This document shows, in pieces, positions 41,659 to 56,500 of a stretch of DNA of 64,000 nucleotides. The stretch lies in assembly GCA_964016885.1 (NCBI GenBank), contig OZ024743.1:233864001-233928000 (forward strand), written 5' to 3'. The DNA comes from Eledone cirrhosa. Taxonomy: Eukaryota. Each line of letters begins with the position of its first letter. Positions within the stretch are counted from its first letter, which is position 1. The position numbers and the translations under genes are program-made. A model generated the notes under the pieces. That model made no database searches and was not told where the DNA came from. It saw only the letters and a program-made list of their open reading frames with translations.

Positions 41659-44600
41659 TCACGCCACACATAGCCAATGAGTGTCTGCACAGGTACCAGT
41701 AATTACAGATCGATCCGACCACGGGCGGCCGGCCCGCGATTGAAAAGGTAACTCCGCCGGCAAATCGTCATTTTTGGATTCGTTTTCTTCGAAGCACACC
41801 ATTCGCCGGCGGACTTTGTTGACGTTTAACACGGTTTGGTTCCACAGCCACAACTATTGATTTTACGGAGATATCTTGCTGAAATTCACGCCACACATAG
41901 CCAATGAGTGTCTGCACATGTATCAGTAATTACAGATCGATCCGACCACGGGCGGCCGGCCCGCGATTGAAAAGGTAACTCCGCCGGCAAATCGTCATTT
42001 TTGGATTCGTTTTCTTCGAAGCACACCATTCGCCGGCGGACTTTGTTGACGTTTAACACGGTTTGGTTCCACAGCCACAACTATTGATTTTACGGAGATA
42101 TCTTGCTGAAATTCACGCCACACATAGCCAATGAGTGTCTGCACATGTACCAGTAATTACAGATCGATCCGACCACGGGCGGCCGGCCCGCGATTGAAAA
42201 GGTAACTCCGCCGGCAAATCGTCATTTTTGGATTCGTTTTCTTCGAAGCACACCATTCGCCGGCTGACTTTGTTGATGTTTAACACGGTTTGGTTCCACA
42301 GCCACAACTATTGATTTTAAGGAGATATCTTGCTGAAATTCACGCCACACATAGCCAATGAGTGTCTGCACAGGTACCAGTAATTACAGATCGATCCGAC
42401 CACGGGCGGCCGGCCCGCTATTGAAAAGGTAACTCCGCCGGCAAATCGTCATTTTTGGATTCGTTTTCTTCGAAGCACACCATTCGCCGGCGGACTTTGT
42501 TGACGTTTAACACGGTTTGGTTCCACAGCCACAACTATTGATTTTACGGAGATATCTTGCTGAAATTCACGCCACACATAGCCAATGAGTGTCTGCACAT
42601 GTACCAGTAATTACAGATCGATCCGACCACGGGCGGCCGGCCCGCGATTGAAAAGGTAACTCCGCCGGCAAATCGTCATTTTTGGATTCGTTTTCTTCGA
42701 AGCACACCATTCGCCGGCGGACTTTGTTGACGTTTAACACGGTTTGGTTCCACAGCCACAACTATTGATTTTACGGAGATATCTTGCTGAAATTCACGCC
42801 ACACATAGCCAATGAGTGTCTGCACATGTACCAGTAATTACAGATCGATCCGACCACGGGCGGTCGGTTTGCGATTGAAAAGGTAACTCCGCCGGCAAAT
42901 CGTCATTTTTGGATTCGTTTTCTTCGAAGCACACCATTCGCCGGCGGACTTTGTTGACGTTTAACACGGTTTGGTTCCACAGCCACAACTATTGATTTTA
43001 CGGAGATATCTTGCTGAAATTCACGCCACACATAGCCAATGAGTGTCTGCACATGTACCAGTAATTACAGATCGATCCGACCACGGGCGGTCGGTTTGCG
43101 ATTGAAAAGGTAACTCCGCCGGCAAATCGTCATTTTTGGATTCGTTTTCTTCGAAGCACACCATTCGCCGGCTGACTTTGTTGACGTTTAACACGGTTTG
43201 GTTCCACAGCCACAACTATTGATTTTACGGAGATATCTTGCTGAAATTCACGCCACACATAGCCAATGAGTGTCTGCACATGTACCAGTAATTACAGATC
43301 GATCCGACCACGGGCGGTCGGTTTGCGATTGAAAAGGTAACTCCGCCGGCAAATCGTCATTTTTGGATTCGTTTTCTTCGAAGCACACCATTCGCCAGCT
43401 GACTTTGTTGACGTTTAACACGGTTTGGTTCCACAGCCACAACTATTGATTTTAAGGAGATATCTTGCTGAAATTCACGCCACACATAGCCAATGAGTGT
43501 CTGCACATGTACCAGTAATTACAGATCGATCCGACCACGGGCGGCCGGCCCGCGATTGAAAAGGTAACTCCGCCGGCAAATCGTCATTTTTGGATTCGTT
43601 TTCTTCGAAGCACACCATTCGCCGGCGGACTTTGTTGACGTTTAACACGGTTTGGTTCCACAGCCACAACTATTGATTTTACGGAGATATCTTGCTGAAA
43701 TTCACGCCACACATAGCCAATGAGTCTCTGCACATGTACCATTAATTACAGATCGATCCGACCACGGGCGGTCGGTTTGCGATTGAAAAGGTAACTCCGC
43801 CGGCAAATCGTCATTTTTGGATTCGTTTTCTTCGAAGCACACCATTCGCCGGCTGACTTTGTTGACGTTTAACACGGTTTGGTTCCACAGCCACAACTAT
43901 TGATTTTAAGGAGATATCTTGCTGAAATTCACGCCACACATAGCCAATGAGTGTCTGCACAGGTACCAGTAATTACAGATCGATCCGACCACGGGCGGCC
44001 GGCCCGCGATTGAAAAGGTAACTCCGCCGGCAAATCGTCATTTTTGGATTCGTTTTCTTCGAAGCACACCATTCGCCGGCGGACTTTGTTGACGTTTAAC
44101 ACGGTTTGGTTCCACAGCCACAACTATTGATTTTACGGAGATATCTTGCTGAAATTCACGCCACACATAGCCAATGAGTGTCTGCACATGTATCAGTAAT
44201 TACAGATCGATCCGACCACGGGCGGCCGGCCCGCGATTGAAAAGGTAACTCCGCCGGCAAATCGTCATTTTTGGATTCGTTTTCTTCGAAGCACACCATT
44301 CGCCGGCGGACTTTGTTGACGTTTAACACGGTTTGGTTCCACAGCCACAACTATTGATTTTACGGAGATATCTTGCTGAAATTCACGCCACACATAGCCA
44401 ATGAGTGTCTGCACATGTACCAGTAATTACAGATCGATCCGACCACGGGCGGCCGGCCCGCGATTGAAAAGGTAACTCCGCCGGCAAATCGTCATTTTTG
44501 GATTCGTTTTCTTCGAAGCACACCATTCGCCGGCTGACTTTGTTGATGTTTAACACGGTTTGGTTCCACAGCCACAACTATTGATTTTAAGGAGATATCT

Positions 44601-45290
44601 TGCTGAAATTCACGCCACACATAGCCAATGAGTGTCTGCACAGGTACCAGTAATTACAGATCGATCCGACCACGGGCGGCCGGCCCGCTATTGAAAAGGT
44701 AACTCCGCCGGCAAATCGTCATTTTTGGATTCGTTTTCTTCGAAGCACACCATTCGCCGGCGGACTTTGTTGACGTTTAACACGGTTTGGTTCCACAGCC
44801 ACAACTATTGATTTTACGGAGATATCTTGCTGAAATTCACGCCACACATAGCCAATGAGTGTCTGCACATGTACCAGTAATTACAGATCGATCCGACCAC
44901 GGGCGGCCGGCCCGCGATTGAAAAGGTAACTCCGCCGGCAAATCGTCATTTTTGGATTCGTTTTCTTCGAAGCACACCATTCGCCGGCGGACTTTGTTGA
45001 CGTTTAACACGGTTTGGTTCCACAGCCACAACTATTGATTTTACGGAGATATCTTGCTGAAATTCACGCCACACATAGCCAATGAGTGTCTGCACATGTA
45101 CCAGTAATTACAGATCGATCCGACCACGGGCGGTCGGTTTGCGATTGAAAAGGTAACTCCGCCGGCAAATCGTCATTTTTGGATTCGTTTTCTTCGAAGC
45201 ACACCATTCGCCGGCGGACTTTGTTGACGTTTAACACGGTTTGGTTCCACAGCCACAACTATTGATTTTACGGAGATATCTTGCTGAAAT
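40751..45290. repeat. Tandem duplication of a 10-monomer block (2 x 2270 bp)
   Basis: The variant order in 40751-43020 matches 43021-45290. The 40A markers lie at 41127 and 43397. Confidence 0.9.
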
Positions 45291-48200
45291 TCACGCCACA
45301 CATAGCCAATGAGTGTCTGCACATGTATCAGTAATTACAGATCGATCCGACCACGGGCGGCCGGCCCGCGATTGAAAAGGTAACTCCGCCGGCAAATCGT
45401 CATTTTTGGATTCGTTTTCTTCGAAGCACACCATTCGCCGGCGGACTTTGTTGACGTTTAACACGGTTTGGTTCCACAGCCACAACTATTGATTTTACGG
45501 AGATATCTTGCTGAAATTCACGCCACACATAGCCAATGAGTGTCTGCACATGTACCAGTAATTACAGATCGATCCGACCACGGGCGGCCGGCCCGCGATT
45601 GAAAAGGTAACTCCGCCGGCAAATCGTCATTTTTGGATTCGTTTTCTTCGAAGCACACCATTCGCCGGCGGACTTTGTTGACGTTTAACACGGTTTGGTT
45701 CCACAGCCACAACTATTGATTTTACGGAGATATCTTGCTGAAATTCACGCCACACATAGCCAATGAGTCTCTGCACATGTACCATTAATTACAGATCGAT
45801 CCGACCACGGGCGGTCGGTTTGCGATTGAAAAGGTAACTCCGCCGGCAAATCGTCATTTTTGGATTCGTTTTCTTCGAAGCACACCATTCGCCGGCGGAC
45901 TTTGTTGACGTTTAACACGGTTTGGTTCCACAGCCACAACTATTGATTTTACGGAGATATCTTGCTGAAATTCACGCCACACATAGCCAATGAGTGTCTG
46001 CACATGTATCAGTAATTACAGATCGATCCGACCACGGGCGGCCGGCCCGCGATTGAAAAGGTAACTCCGCCGGCAAATCGTCATTTTTGGATTCGTTTTC
46101 TTCGAAGCACACCATTCGCCGGCGGACTTTGTTGACGTTTAACACGGTTTGGTTCCACAGCCACAACTATTGATTTTACGGAGATATCTTGCTGAAATTC
46201 ACGCCACACATAGCCAATGAGTGTCTGCACATGTACCAGTAATTACAGATCGATCCGACCACGGGCGGCCGGCCCGCGATTGAAAAGGTAACTCCGCCGG
46301 CAAATCGTCATTTTTGGATTCGTTTTCTTCGAAGCACACCATTCGCCGGCTGACTTTGTTGATGTTTAACACGGTTTGGTTCCACAGCCACAACTATTGA
46401 TTTTAAGGAGATATCTTGCTGAAATTCACGCCACACATAGCCAATGAGTGTCTGCACAGGTACCAGTAATTACAGATCGATCCGACCACGGGCGGCCGGC
46501 CCGCTATTGAAAAGGTAACTCCGCCGGCAAATCGTCATTTTTGGATTCGTTTTCTTCGAAGCACACCATTCGCCGGCGGACTTTGTTGACGTTTAACACG
46601 GTTTGGTTCCACAGCCACAACTATTGATTTTACGGAGATATCTTGCTGAAATTCACGCCACACATAGCCAATGAGTGTCTGCACATGTACCAGTAATTAC
46701 AGATCGATCCGACCACGGGCGGCCGGCCCGCGATTGAAAAGGTAACTCCGCCGGCAAATCGTCATTTTTGGATTCGTTTTCTTCGAAGCACACCATTCGC
46801 CGGCGGACTTTGTTGACGTTTAACACGGTTTGGTTCCACAGCCACAACTATTGATTTTACGGAGATATCTTGCTGAAATTCACGCCACACATAGCCAATG
46901 AGTGTCTGCACATGTACCAGTAATTACAGATCGATCCGACCACGGGCGGTCGGTTTGCGATTGAAAAGGTAACTCCGCCGGCAAATCGTCATTTTTGGAT
47001 TCGTTTTCTTCGAAGCACACCATTCGCCGGCTGACTTTGTTGACGTTTAACACGGTTTGGTTCCACAGCCACAACTATTGATTTTACGGAGATATCTTGC
47101 TGAAATTCACGCCACACATAGCCAATGAGTGTCTGCACATGTACCAGTAATTACAGATCGATCCGACCACGGGCGGTCGGTTTGCGATTGAAAAGGTAAC
47201 TCCGCCGGCAAATCGTCATTTTTGGATTCGTTTTCTTCGAAGCACACCATTCGCCGGCGGACTTTGTTGACGTTTAACACGGTTTGGTTCCACAGCCACA
47301 ACTATTGATTTTACGGAGATATCTTGCTGAAATTCACGCCACACATAGCCAATGAGTGTCTGCACATGTATCAGTAATTACAGATCGATCCGACCACGGG
47401 CGGCCGGCCCGCGATTGAAAAGGTAACTCCGCCGGCAAATCGTCATTTTTGGATTCGTTTTCTTCGAAGCACACCATTCGCCGGCGGACTTTGTTGACGT
47501 TTAACACGGTTTGGTTCCACAGCCACAACTATTGATTTTACGGAGATATCTTGCTGAAATTCACGCCACACATAGCCAATGAGTCTCTGCACATGTACCA
47601 TTAATTACAGATCGATCCGACCACGGGCGGTCGGTTTGCGATTGAAAAGGTAACTCCGCCGGCAAATCGTCATTTTTGGATTCGTTTTCTTCGAAGCACA
47701 CCATTCGCCGGCGGACTTTGTTGACGTTTAACACGGTTTGGTTCCACAGCCACAACTATTGATTTTACGGAGATATCTTGCTGAAATTCACGCCACACAT
47801 AGCCAATGAGTGTCTGCACATGTATCAGTAATTACAGATCGATCCGACCACGGGCGGCCGGCCCGCGATTGAAAAGGTAACTCCGCCGGCAAATCGTCAT
47901 TTTTGGATTCGTTTTCTTCGAAGCACACCATTCGCCGGCGGACTTTGTTGACGTTTAACACGGTTTGGTTCCACAGCCACAACTATTGATTTTACGGAGA
48001 TATCTTGCTGAAATTCACGCCACACATAGCCAATGAGTGTCTGCACATGTACCAGTAATTACAGATCGATCCGACCACGGGCGGCCGGCCCGCGATTGAA
48101 AAGGTAACTCCGCCGGCAAATCGTCATTTTTGGATTCGTTTTCTTCGAAGCACACCATTCGCCGGCTGACTTTGTTGATGTTTAACACGGTTTGGTTCCA

Positions 48201-50511
48201 CAGCCACAACTATTGATTTTAAGGAGATATCTTGCTGAAATTCACGCCACACATAGCCAATGAGTGTCTGCACAGGTACCAGTAATTACAGATCGATCCG
48301 ACCACGGGCGGCCGGCCCGCTATTGAAAAGGTAACTCCGCCGGCAAATCGTCATTTTTGGATTCGTTTTCTTCGAAGCACACCATTCGCCGGCGGACTTT
48401 GTTGACGTTTAACACGGTTTGGTTCCACAGCCACAACTATTGATTTTAAGGAGATATCTTGCTGAAATTCACGCCACACATAGCCAATGAGTGTCTGCAC
48501 AGGTACCAGTAATTACAGATCGATCCGACCACGGGCGGTCGGTTTGCGATTGAAAAGGTAACTCCGCCGGCAAATCGTCATTTTTGGATTCGTTTTCTTC
48601 GAAGCACACCATTCGCCGGCGGACTTTGTTGACGTTTAACACGGTTTGGTTCCACAGCCACAACTATTGATTTTAAGGAGATATCTTGCTGAAATTCACG
48701 CCACACATAGCCAATGAGTGTCTGCACAGGTACCAGTAATTACAGATCGATCCGACCACGGGCGGTCGGTTTGCGATTGAAAAGGTAACTCCGCCGGCAA
48801 ATCGTCATTTTTGGATTCGTTTTCTTCGAAGCACACCATTCGCCGGCGGACTTTGTTGACGTTTAACACGGTTTGGTTCCACAGCCACAACTATTGATTT
48901 TACGGAGATATCTTGCTGAAATTCACGCCACACATAGCCAATGAGTGTCTGCACATGTACAAGTAATTACAGATCGATCCGACCACGGGCGGCCGGCCCG
49001 CGATTGAAAAGGTAACTCCGCCGGCAAATCGTCATTTTTGGATTCGTTTTCTTCGAAGCACACCATTCGCCGGCGGACTTTGTTGACGTTTAACACGGTT
49101 TGGTTCCACAGCCACAACTATTGATTTTACGGAGATATCTTGCTGAAATTCACGCCACACATAGCCAATGAGTGTCTGCACATGTACCAGTAATTACAGA
49201 TCGATCCGACCACGGGCGGTCGGTTTGCGATTGAAAAGGTAACTCCGCCGGCAAATCGTCATTTTTGGATTCGTTTTCTTCGAAGCACACCATTCGCCGG
49301 CTGACTTTGTTGACGTTTAACACGGTTTGGTTCCACAGCCACAACTATTGATTTTACGGAGATATCTTGCTGAAATTCACGCCACACATAGCCAATGAGT
49401 GTCTGCACATGTATCAGTAATTACAGATCGATCCGACCACGGGCGGCCGGCCCGCGATTGAAAAGGTAACTCCGCCGGCAAATCGTCATTTTTGGATTCG
49501 TTTTCTTCGAAGCACACCATTCGCCGGCGGACTTTGTTGACGTTTAACACGGTTTGGTTCCACAGCCACAACTATTGATTTTACGGAGATATCTTGCTGA
49601 AATTCACGCCACACATAGCCAATGAGTGTCTGCACATGTACCAGTAATTACAGATCGATCCGACCACGGGCGGCCGGCCCGCGATTGAAAAGGTAACTCC
49701 GCCGGCAAATCGTCATTTTTGGATTCGTTTTCTTCGAAGCACACCATTCGCCGGCTGACTTTGTTGATGTTTAACACGGTTTGGTTCCACAGCCACAACT
49801 ATTGATTTTAAGGAGATATCTTGCTGAAATTCACGCCACACATAGCCAATGAGTGTCTGCACAGGTACCAGTAATTACAGATCGATCCGACCACGGGCGG
49901 CCGGCCCGCTATTGAAAAGGTAACTCCGCCGGCAAATCGTCATTTTTGGATTCGTTTTCTTCGAAGCACACCATTCGCCGGCGGACTTTGTTGACGTTTA
50001 ACAGGGTTTGGTTCCACAGCCACAACTATTGATTTTACGGAGATATCTTGCTGAAATTCACGCCACACATAGCCAATGAGTGTCTGCACATGTACCAGTA
50101 ATTACAGATCGATCCGACCACGGGCGGCCGGCCCGCGATTGAAAAGGTAACTCCGCCGGCAAATCGTCATTTTTGGATTCGTTTTCTTCGAAGCACACCA
50201 TTCGCCGGCGGACTTTGTTGACGTTTAACACGGTTTGGTTCCACAGCCACAACTATTGATTTTACGGAGATATCTTGCTGAAATTCACGCCACACATAGC
50301 CAATGAGTGTCTGCACATGTACCAGTAATTACAGATCGATCCGACCACGGGCGGTCGGTTTGCGATTGAAAAGGTAACTCCGCCGGCAAATCGTCATTTT
50401 TGGATTCGTTTTCTTCGAAGCACACCATTCGCCGGCTGACTTTGTTGACGTTTAACACGGTTTGGTTCCACAGCCACAACTATTGATTTTACGGAGATAT
50501 CTTGCTGAAAT

Positions 50512-53500
50512 TCACGCCACACATAGCCAATGAGTGTCTGCACATGTACCAGTAATTACAGATCGATCCGACCACGGGCGGTCGGTTTGCGATTGAAAAG
50601 GTAACTCCGCCGGCAAATCGTCATTTTTGGATTCGTTTTCTTCGAAGCACACCATTCGCCGGCGGACTTTGTTGACGTTTAACACGGTTTGGTTCCACAG
50701 CCACAACTATTGATTTTACGGAGATATCTTGCTGAAATTCACGCCACACATAGCCAATGAGTGTCTGCACATGTACAAGTAATTACAGATCGATCCGACC
50801 ACGGGCGGCCGGCCCGCGATTGAAAAGGTAACTCCGCCGGCAAATCGTCATTTTTGGATTCGTTTTCTTCGAAGCACACCATTCGCCGGCGGACTTTGTT
50901 GACGTTTAACACGGTTTGGTTCCACAGCCACAACTATTGATTTTACGGAGATATCTTGCTGAAATTCACGCCACACATAGCCAATGAGTGTCTGCACATG
51001 TACCAGTAATTACAGATCGATCCGACCACGGGCGGCCGGCCCGCGATTGAAAAGGTAACTCCGCCGGCAAATCGTCATTTTTGGATTCGTTTTCTTCGAA
51101 GCACACCATTCGCCGGCGGACTTTGTTGACGTTTAACACGGTTTGGTTCCACAGCCACAACTATTGATTTTACGGAGATATCTTGCTGAAATTCACGCCA
51201 CACATAGCCAATGAGTCTCTGCACATGTACCATTAATTACAGATCGATCCGACCACGGGCGGTCGGTTTGCGATTGAAAAGGTAACTCCGCCGGCAAATC
51301 GTCATTTTTGGATTCGTTTTCTTCGAAGCACACCATTCGCCGGCTGACTTTGTTGACGTTTAACACGGTTTGGTTCCACAGCCACAACTATTGATTTTAA
51401 GGAGATATCTTGCTGAAATTCACGCCACACATAGCCAATGAGTGTCTGCACAGGTACCAGTAATTACAGATCGATCCGACCACGGGCGGCCGGCCCGCGA
51501 TTTAAAAGGTAACTCCGCCGGCAAATCGTCATTTTTGGATTCGTTTTCTTCGAAGCACACCATTCGCCGGCGGACTTTGTTGACGTTTAACACGGTTTGG
51601 TTCCACAGCCACAACTATTGATTTTACGGAGATATCTTGCTGAAATTCACGCCACACATAGCCAATGAGTGTCTGCACATGTACAAGTAATTACAGATCG
51701 ATCCGACCACGGGCGGCCGGCCCGCGATTGAAAAGGTAACTCCGCCGGCAAATCGTCATTTTTGGATTCGTTTTCTTCGAAGCACACCATTCGCCGGCTG
51801 ACTTTGTTGACGTTTAACACGGTTTGGTTCCACAGCCACAACTATTGATTTTACGGAGATATCTTGCTGAAATTCACGCCACACATAGCCAATGAGTGTC
51901 TGCACATGTACCAGTAATTACAGATCGATCCGACCACGGGCGGTCGGTTTGCGATTGAAAAGGTAACTCCGCCGGCAAATCGTCATTTTTGGATTCGTTT
52001 TCTTCGAAGCACACCATTCGCCGGCGGACTTTGTTGACGTTTAACACGGTTTGGTTCCACAGCCACAACTATTGATTTTACGGAGATATCTTGCTGAAAT
52101 TCACGCCACACATAGCCAATGAGTGTCTGCACATGTACCAGTAATTACAGATCGATCCGACCACGGGCGGTCGGTTTGCGATTGAAAAGGTAACTCCGCC
52201 GGCAAATCGTCATTTTTGGATTCGTTTTCTTCGAAGCACACCATTCGCCGGCTGACTTTGTTGACGTTTAACACGGTTTGGTTCCACAGCCACAACTATT
52301 GATTTTACGGAGATATCTTGCTGAAATTCACGCCACACATAGCCAATGAGTGTCTGCACATGTACCAGTAATTACAGATCGATCCGACCACGGGCGGTCG
52401 GTTTGCGATTGAAAAGGTAACTCCGCCGGCAAATCGTCATTTTTGGATTCGTTTTCTTCGAAGCACACCATTCGCCGGCGGACTTTGTTGACGTTTAACA
52501 CGGTTTGGTTCCACAGCCACAACTATTGATTTTACGGAGATATCTTGCTGAAATTCACGCCACACATAGCCAATGAGTGTCTGCACATGTATCAGTAATT
52601 ACAGATCGATCCGACCACGGGCGGCCGGCCCGCGATTGAAAAGGTAACTCCGCCGGCAAATCGTCATTTTTGGATTCGTTTTCTTCGAAGCACACCATTC
52701 GCCGGCGGACTTTGTTGACGTTTAACACGGTTTGGTTCCACAGCCACAACTATTGATTTTACGGAGATATCTTGCTGAAATTCACGCCACACATAGCCAA
52801 TGAGTGTCTGCACATGTACCAGTAATTACAGATCGATCCGACCACGGGCGGCCGGCCCGCGATTGAAAAGGTAACTCCGCCGGCAAATCGTCATTTTTGG
52901 ATTCGTTTTCTTCGAAGCACACCATTCGCCGGCGGACTTTGTTGACGTTTAACACGGTTTGGTTCCACAGCCACAACTATTGATTTTACGGAGATATCTT
53001 GCTGAAATTCACGCCACACATAGCCAATGAGTCTCTGCACATGTACCATTAATTACAGATCGATCCGACCACGGGCGGTCGGTTTGCGATTGAAAAGGTA
53101 ACTCCGCCGGCAAATCGTCATTTTTGGATTCGTTTTCTTCGAAGCACACCATTCGCCGGCGGACTTTGTTGACGTTTAACACGGTTTGGTTCCACAGCCA
53201 CAACTATTGATTTTACGGAGATATCTTGCTGAAATTCACGCCACACATAGCCAATGAGTGTCTGCACATGTATCAGTAATTACAGATCGATCCGACCACG
53301 GGCGGCCGGCCCGCGATTGAAAAGGTAACTCCGCCGGCAAATCGTCATTTTTGGATTCGTTTTCTTCGAAGCACACCATTCGCCGGCGGACTTTGTTGAC
53401 GTTTAACACGGTTTGGTTCCACAGCCACAACTATTGATTTTACGGAGATATCTTGCTGAAATTCACGCCACACATAGCCAATGAGTGTCTGCACATGTAC

Positions 53501-56500
53501 CAGTAATTACAGATCGATCCGACCACGGGCGGCCGGCCCGCGATTGAAAAGGTAACTCCGCCGGCAAATCGTCATTTTTGGATTCGTTTTCTTCGAAGCA
53601 CACCATTCGCCGGCTGACTTTGTTGATGTTTAACACGGTTTGGTTCCACAGCCACAACTATTGATTTTAAGGAGATATCTTGCTGAAATTCACGCCACAC
53701 ATAGCCAATGAGTGTCTGCACAGGTACCAGTAATTACAGATCGATCCGACCACGGGCGGCCGGCCCGCTATTGAAAAGGTAACTCCGCCGGCAAATCGTC
53801 ATTTTTGGATTCGTTTTCTTCGAAGCACACCATTCGCCGGCGGACTTTGTTGACGTTTAACACGGTTTGGTTCCACAGCCACAACTATTGATTTTACGGA
53901 GATATCTTGCTGAAATTCACGCCACACATAGCCAATGAGTGTCTGCACATGTACCAGTAATTACAGATCGATCCGACCACGGGCGGTCGGTTTGCGATTG
54001 AAAAGGTAACTCCGCCGGCAAATCGTCATTTTTGGATTCGTTTTCTTCGAAGCACACCATTCGCCGGCGGACTTTGTTGACGTTTAACACGGTTTGGTTC
54101 CACAGCCACAACTATTGATTTTACGGAGATATCTTGCTGAAATTCACGCCACACATAGCCAATGAGTGTCTGCACATGTACAAGTAATTACAGATCGATC
54201 CGACCACGGGCGGCCGGCCCGCGATTGAAAAGGTAACTCCGCCGGCAAATCGTCATTTTTGGATTCGTTTTCTTCGAAGCACACCATTCGCCGGCGGACT
54301 TTGTTGACGTTTAACACGGTTTGGTTCCACAGCCACAACTATTGATTTTACGGAGATATCTTGCTGAAATTCACGCCACACATAGCCAATGAGTGTCTGC
54401 ACATGTACCAGTAATTACAGATCGATCCGACCACGGGCGGCCGGCCCGCGATTGAAAAGGTAACTCCGCCGGCAAATCGTCATTTTTGGATTCGTTTTCT
54501 TCGAAGCACACCATTCGCCGGCGGACTTTGTTGACGTTTAACACGGTTTGGTTCCACAGCCACAACTATTGATTTTACGGAGATATCTTGCTGAAATTCA
54601 CGCCACACATAGCCAATGAGTCTCTGCACATGTACCATTAATTACAGATCGATCCGACCACGGGCGGTCGGTTTGCGATTGAAAAGGTAACTCCGCCGGC
54701 AAATCGTCATTTTTGGATTCGTTTTCTTCGAAGCACACCATTCGCCGGCTGACTTTGTTGACGTTTAACACGGTTTGGTTCCACAGCCACAACTATTGAT
54801 TTTAAGGAGATATCTTGCTGAAATTCACGCCACACATAGCCAATGAGTGTCTGCACAGGTACCAGTAATTACAGATCGATCCGACCACGGGCGGCCGGCC
54901 CGCGATTTAAAAGGTAACTCCGCCGGCAAATCGTCATTTTTGGATTCGTTTTCTTCGAAGCACACCATTCGCCGGCGGACTTTGTTGACGTTTAACACGG
55001 TTTGGTTCCACAGCCACAACTATTGATTTTACGGAGATATCTTGCTGAAATTCACGCCACACATAGCCAATGAGTGTCTGCACATGTACAAGTAATTACA
55101 GATCGATCCGACCACGGGCGGCCGGCCCGCGATTGAAAAGGTAACTCCGCCGGCAAATCGTCATTTTTGGATTCGTTTTCTTCGAAGCACACCATTCGCC
55201 GGCTGACTTTGTTGACGTTTAACACGGTTTGGTTCCACAGCCACAACTATTGATTTTACGGAGATATCTTGCTGAAATTCACGCCACACATAGCCAATGA
55301 GTGTCTGCACATGTACCAGTAATTACAGATCGATCCGACCACGGGCGGTCGGTTTGCGATTGAAAAGGTAACTCCGCCGGCAAATCGTCATTTTTGGATT
55401 CGTTTTCTTCGAAGCACACCATTCGCCGGCGGACTTTGTTGACGTTTAACACGGTTTGGTTCCACAGCCACAACTATTGATTTTACGGAGATATCTTGCT
55501 GAAATTCACGCCACACATAGCCAATGAGTGTCTGCACATGTACCAGTAATTACAGATCGATCCGACCACGGGCGGTCGGTTTGCGATTGAAAAGGTAACT
55601 CCGCCGGCAAATCGTCATTTTTGGATTCGTTTTCTTCGAAGCACACCATTCGCCGGCGGACTTTGTTGATGTTTAACACGGTTTGGTTCCACAGCCACAA
55701 CTATTGATTTTAAGGAGATATCTTGCTGAAATTCACGCCACACATAGCCAATGAGTGTCTGCACAGGTACCAGTAATTACAGATCGATCCGACCACGGGC
55801 GGCCGGCCCGCTATTGAAAAGGTAACTCCGCCGGCAAATCGTCATTTTTGGATTCGTTTTCTTCGAAGCACACCATTCGCCGGCGGACTTTGTTGACGTT
55901 TAACACGGTTTGGTTCCACAGCCACAACTATTGATTTTACGGAGATATCTTGCTGAAATTCACGCCACACATAGCCAATGAGTGTCTGCACATGTACCAG
56001 TAATTACAGATCGATCCGACCACGGGCGGTCGGTTTGCGATTGAAAAGGTAACTCCGCCGGCAAATCGTCATTTTTGGATTCGTTTTCTTCGAAGCACAC
56101 CATTCGCCGGCGGACTTTGTTGACGTTTAACACGGTTTGGTTCCACAGCCACAACTATTGATTTTACGGAGATATCTTGCTGAAATTCACGCCACACATA
56201 GCCAATGAGTGTCTGCACATGTACAAGTAATTACAGATCGATCCGACCACGGGCGGCCGGCCCGCGATTGAAAAGGTAACTCCGCCGGCAAATCGTCATT
56301 TTTGGATTCGTTTTCTTCGAAGCACACCATTCGCCGGCGGACTTTGTTGACGTTTAACACGGTTTGGTTCCACAGCCACAACTATTGATTTTACGGAGAT
56401 ATCTTGCTGAAATTCACGCCACACATAGCCAATGAGTGTCTGCACATGTACCAGTAATTACAGATCGATCCGACCACGGGCGGCCGGCCCGCGATTGAAA

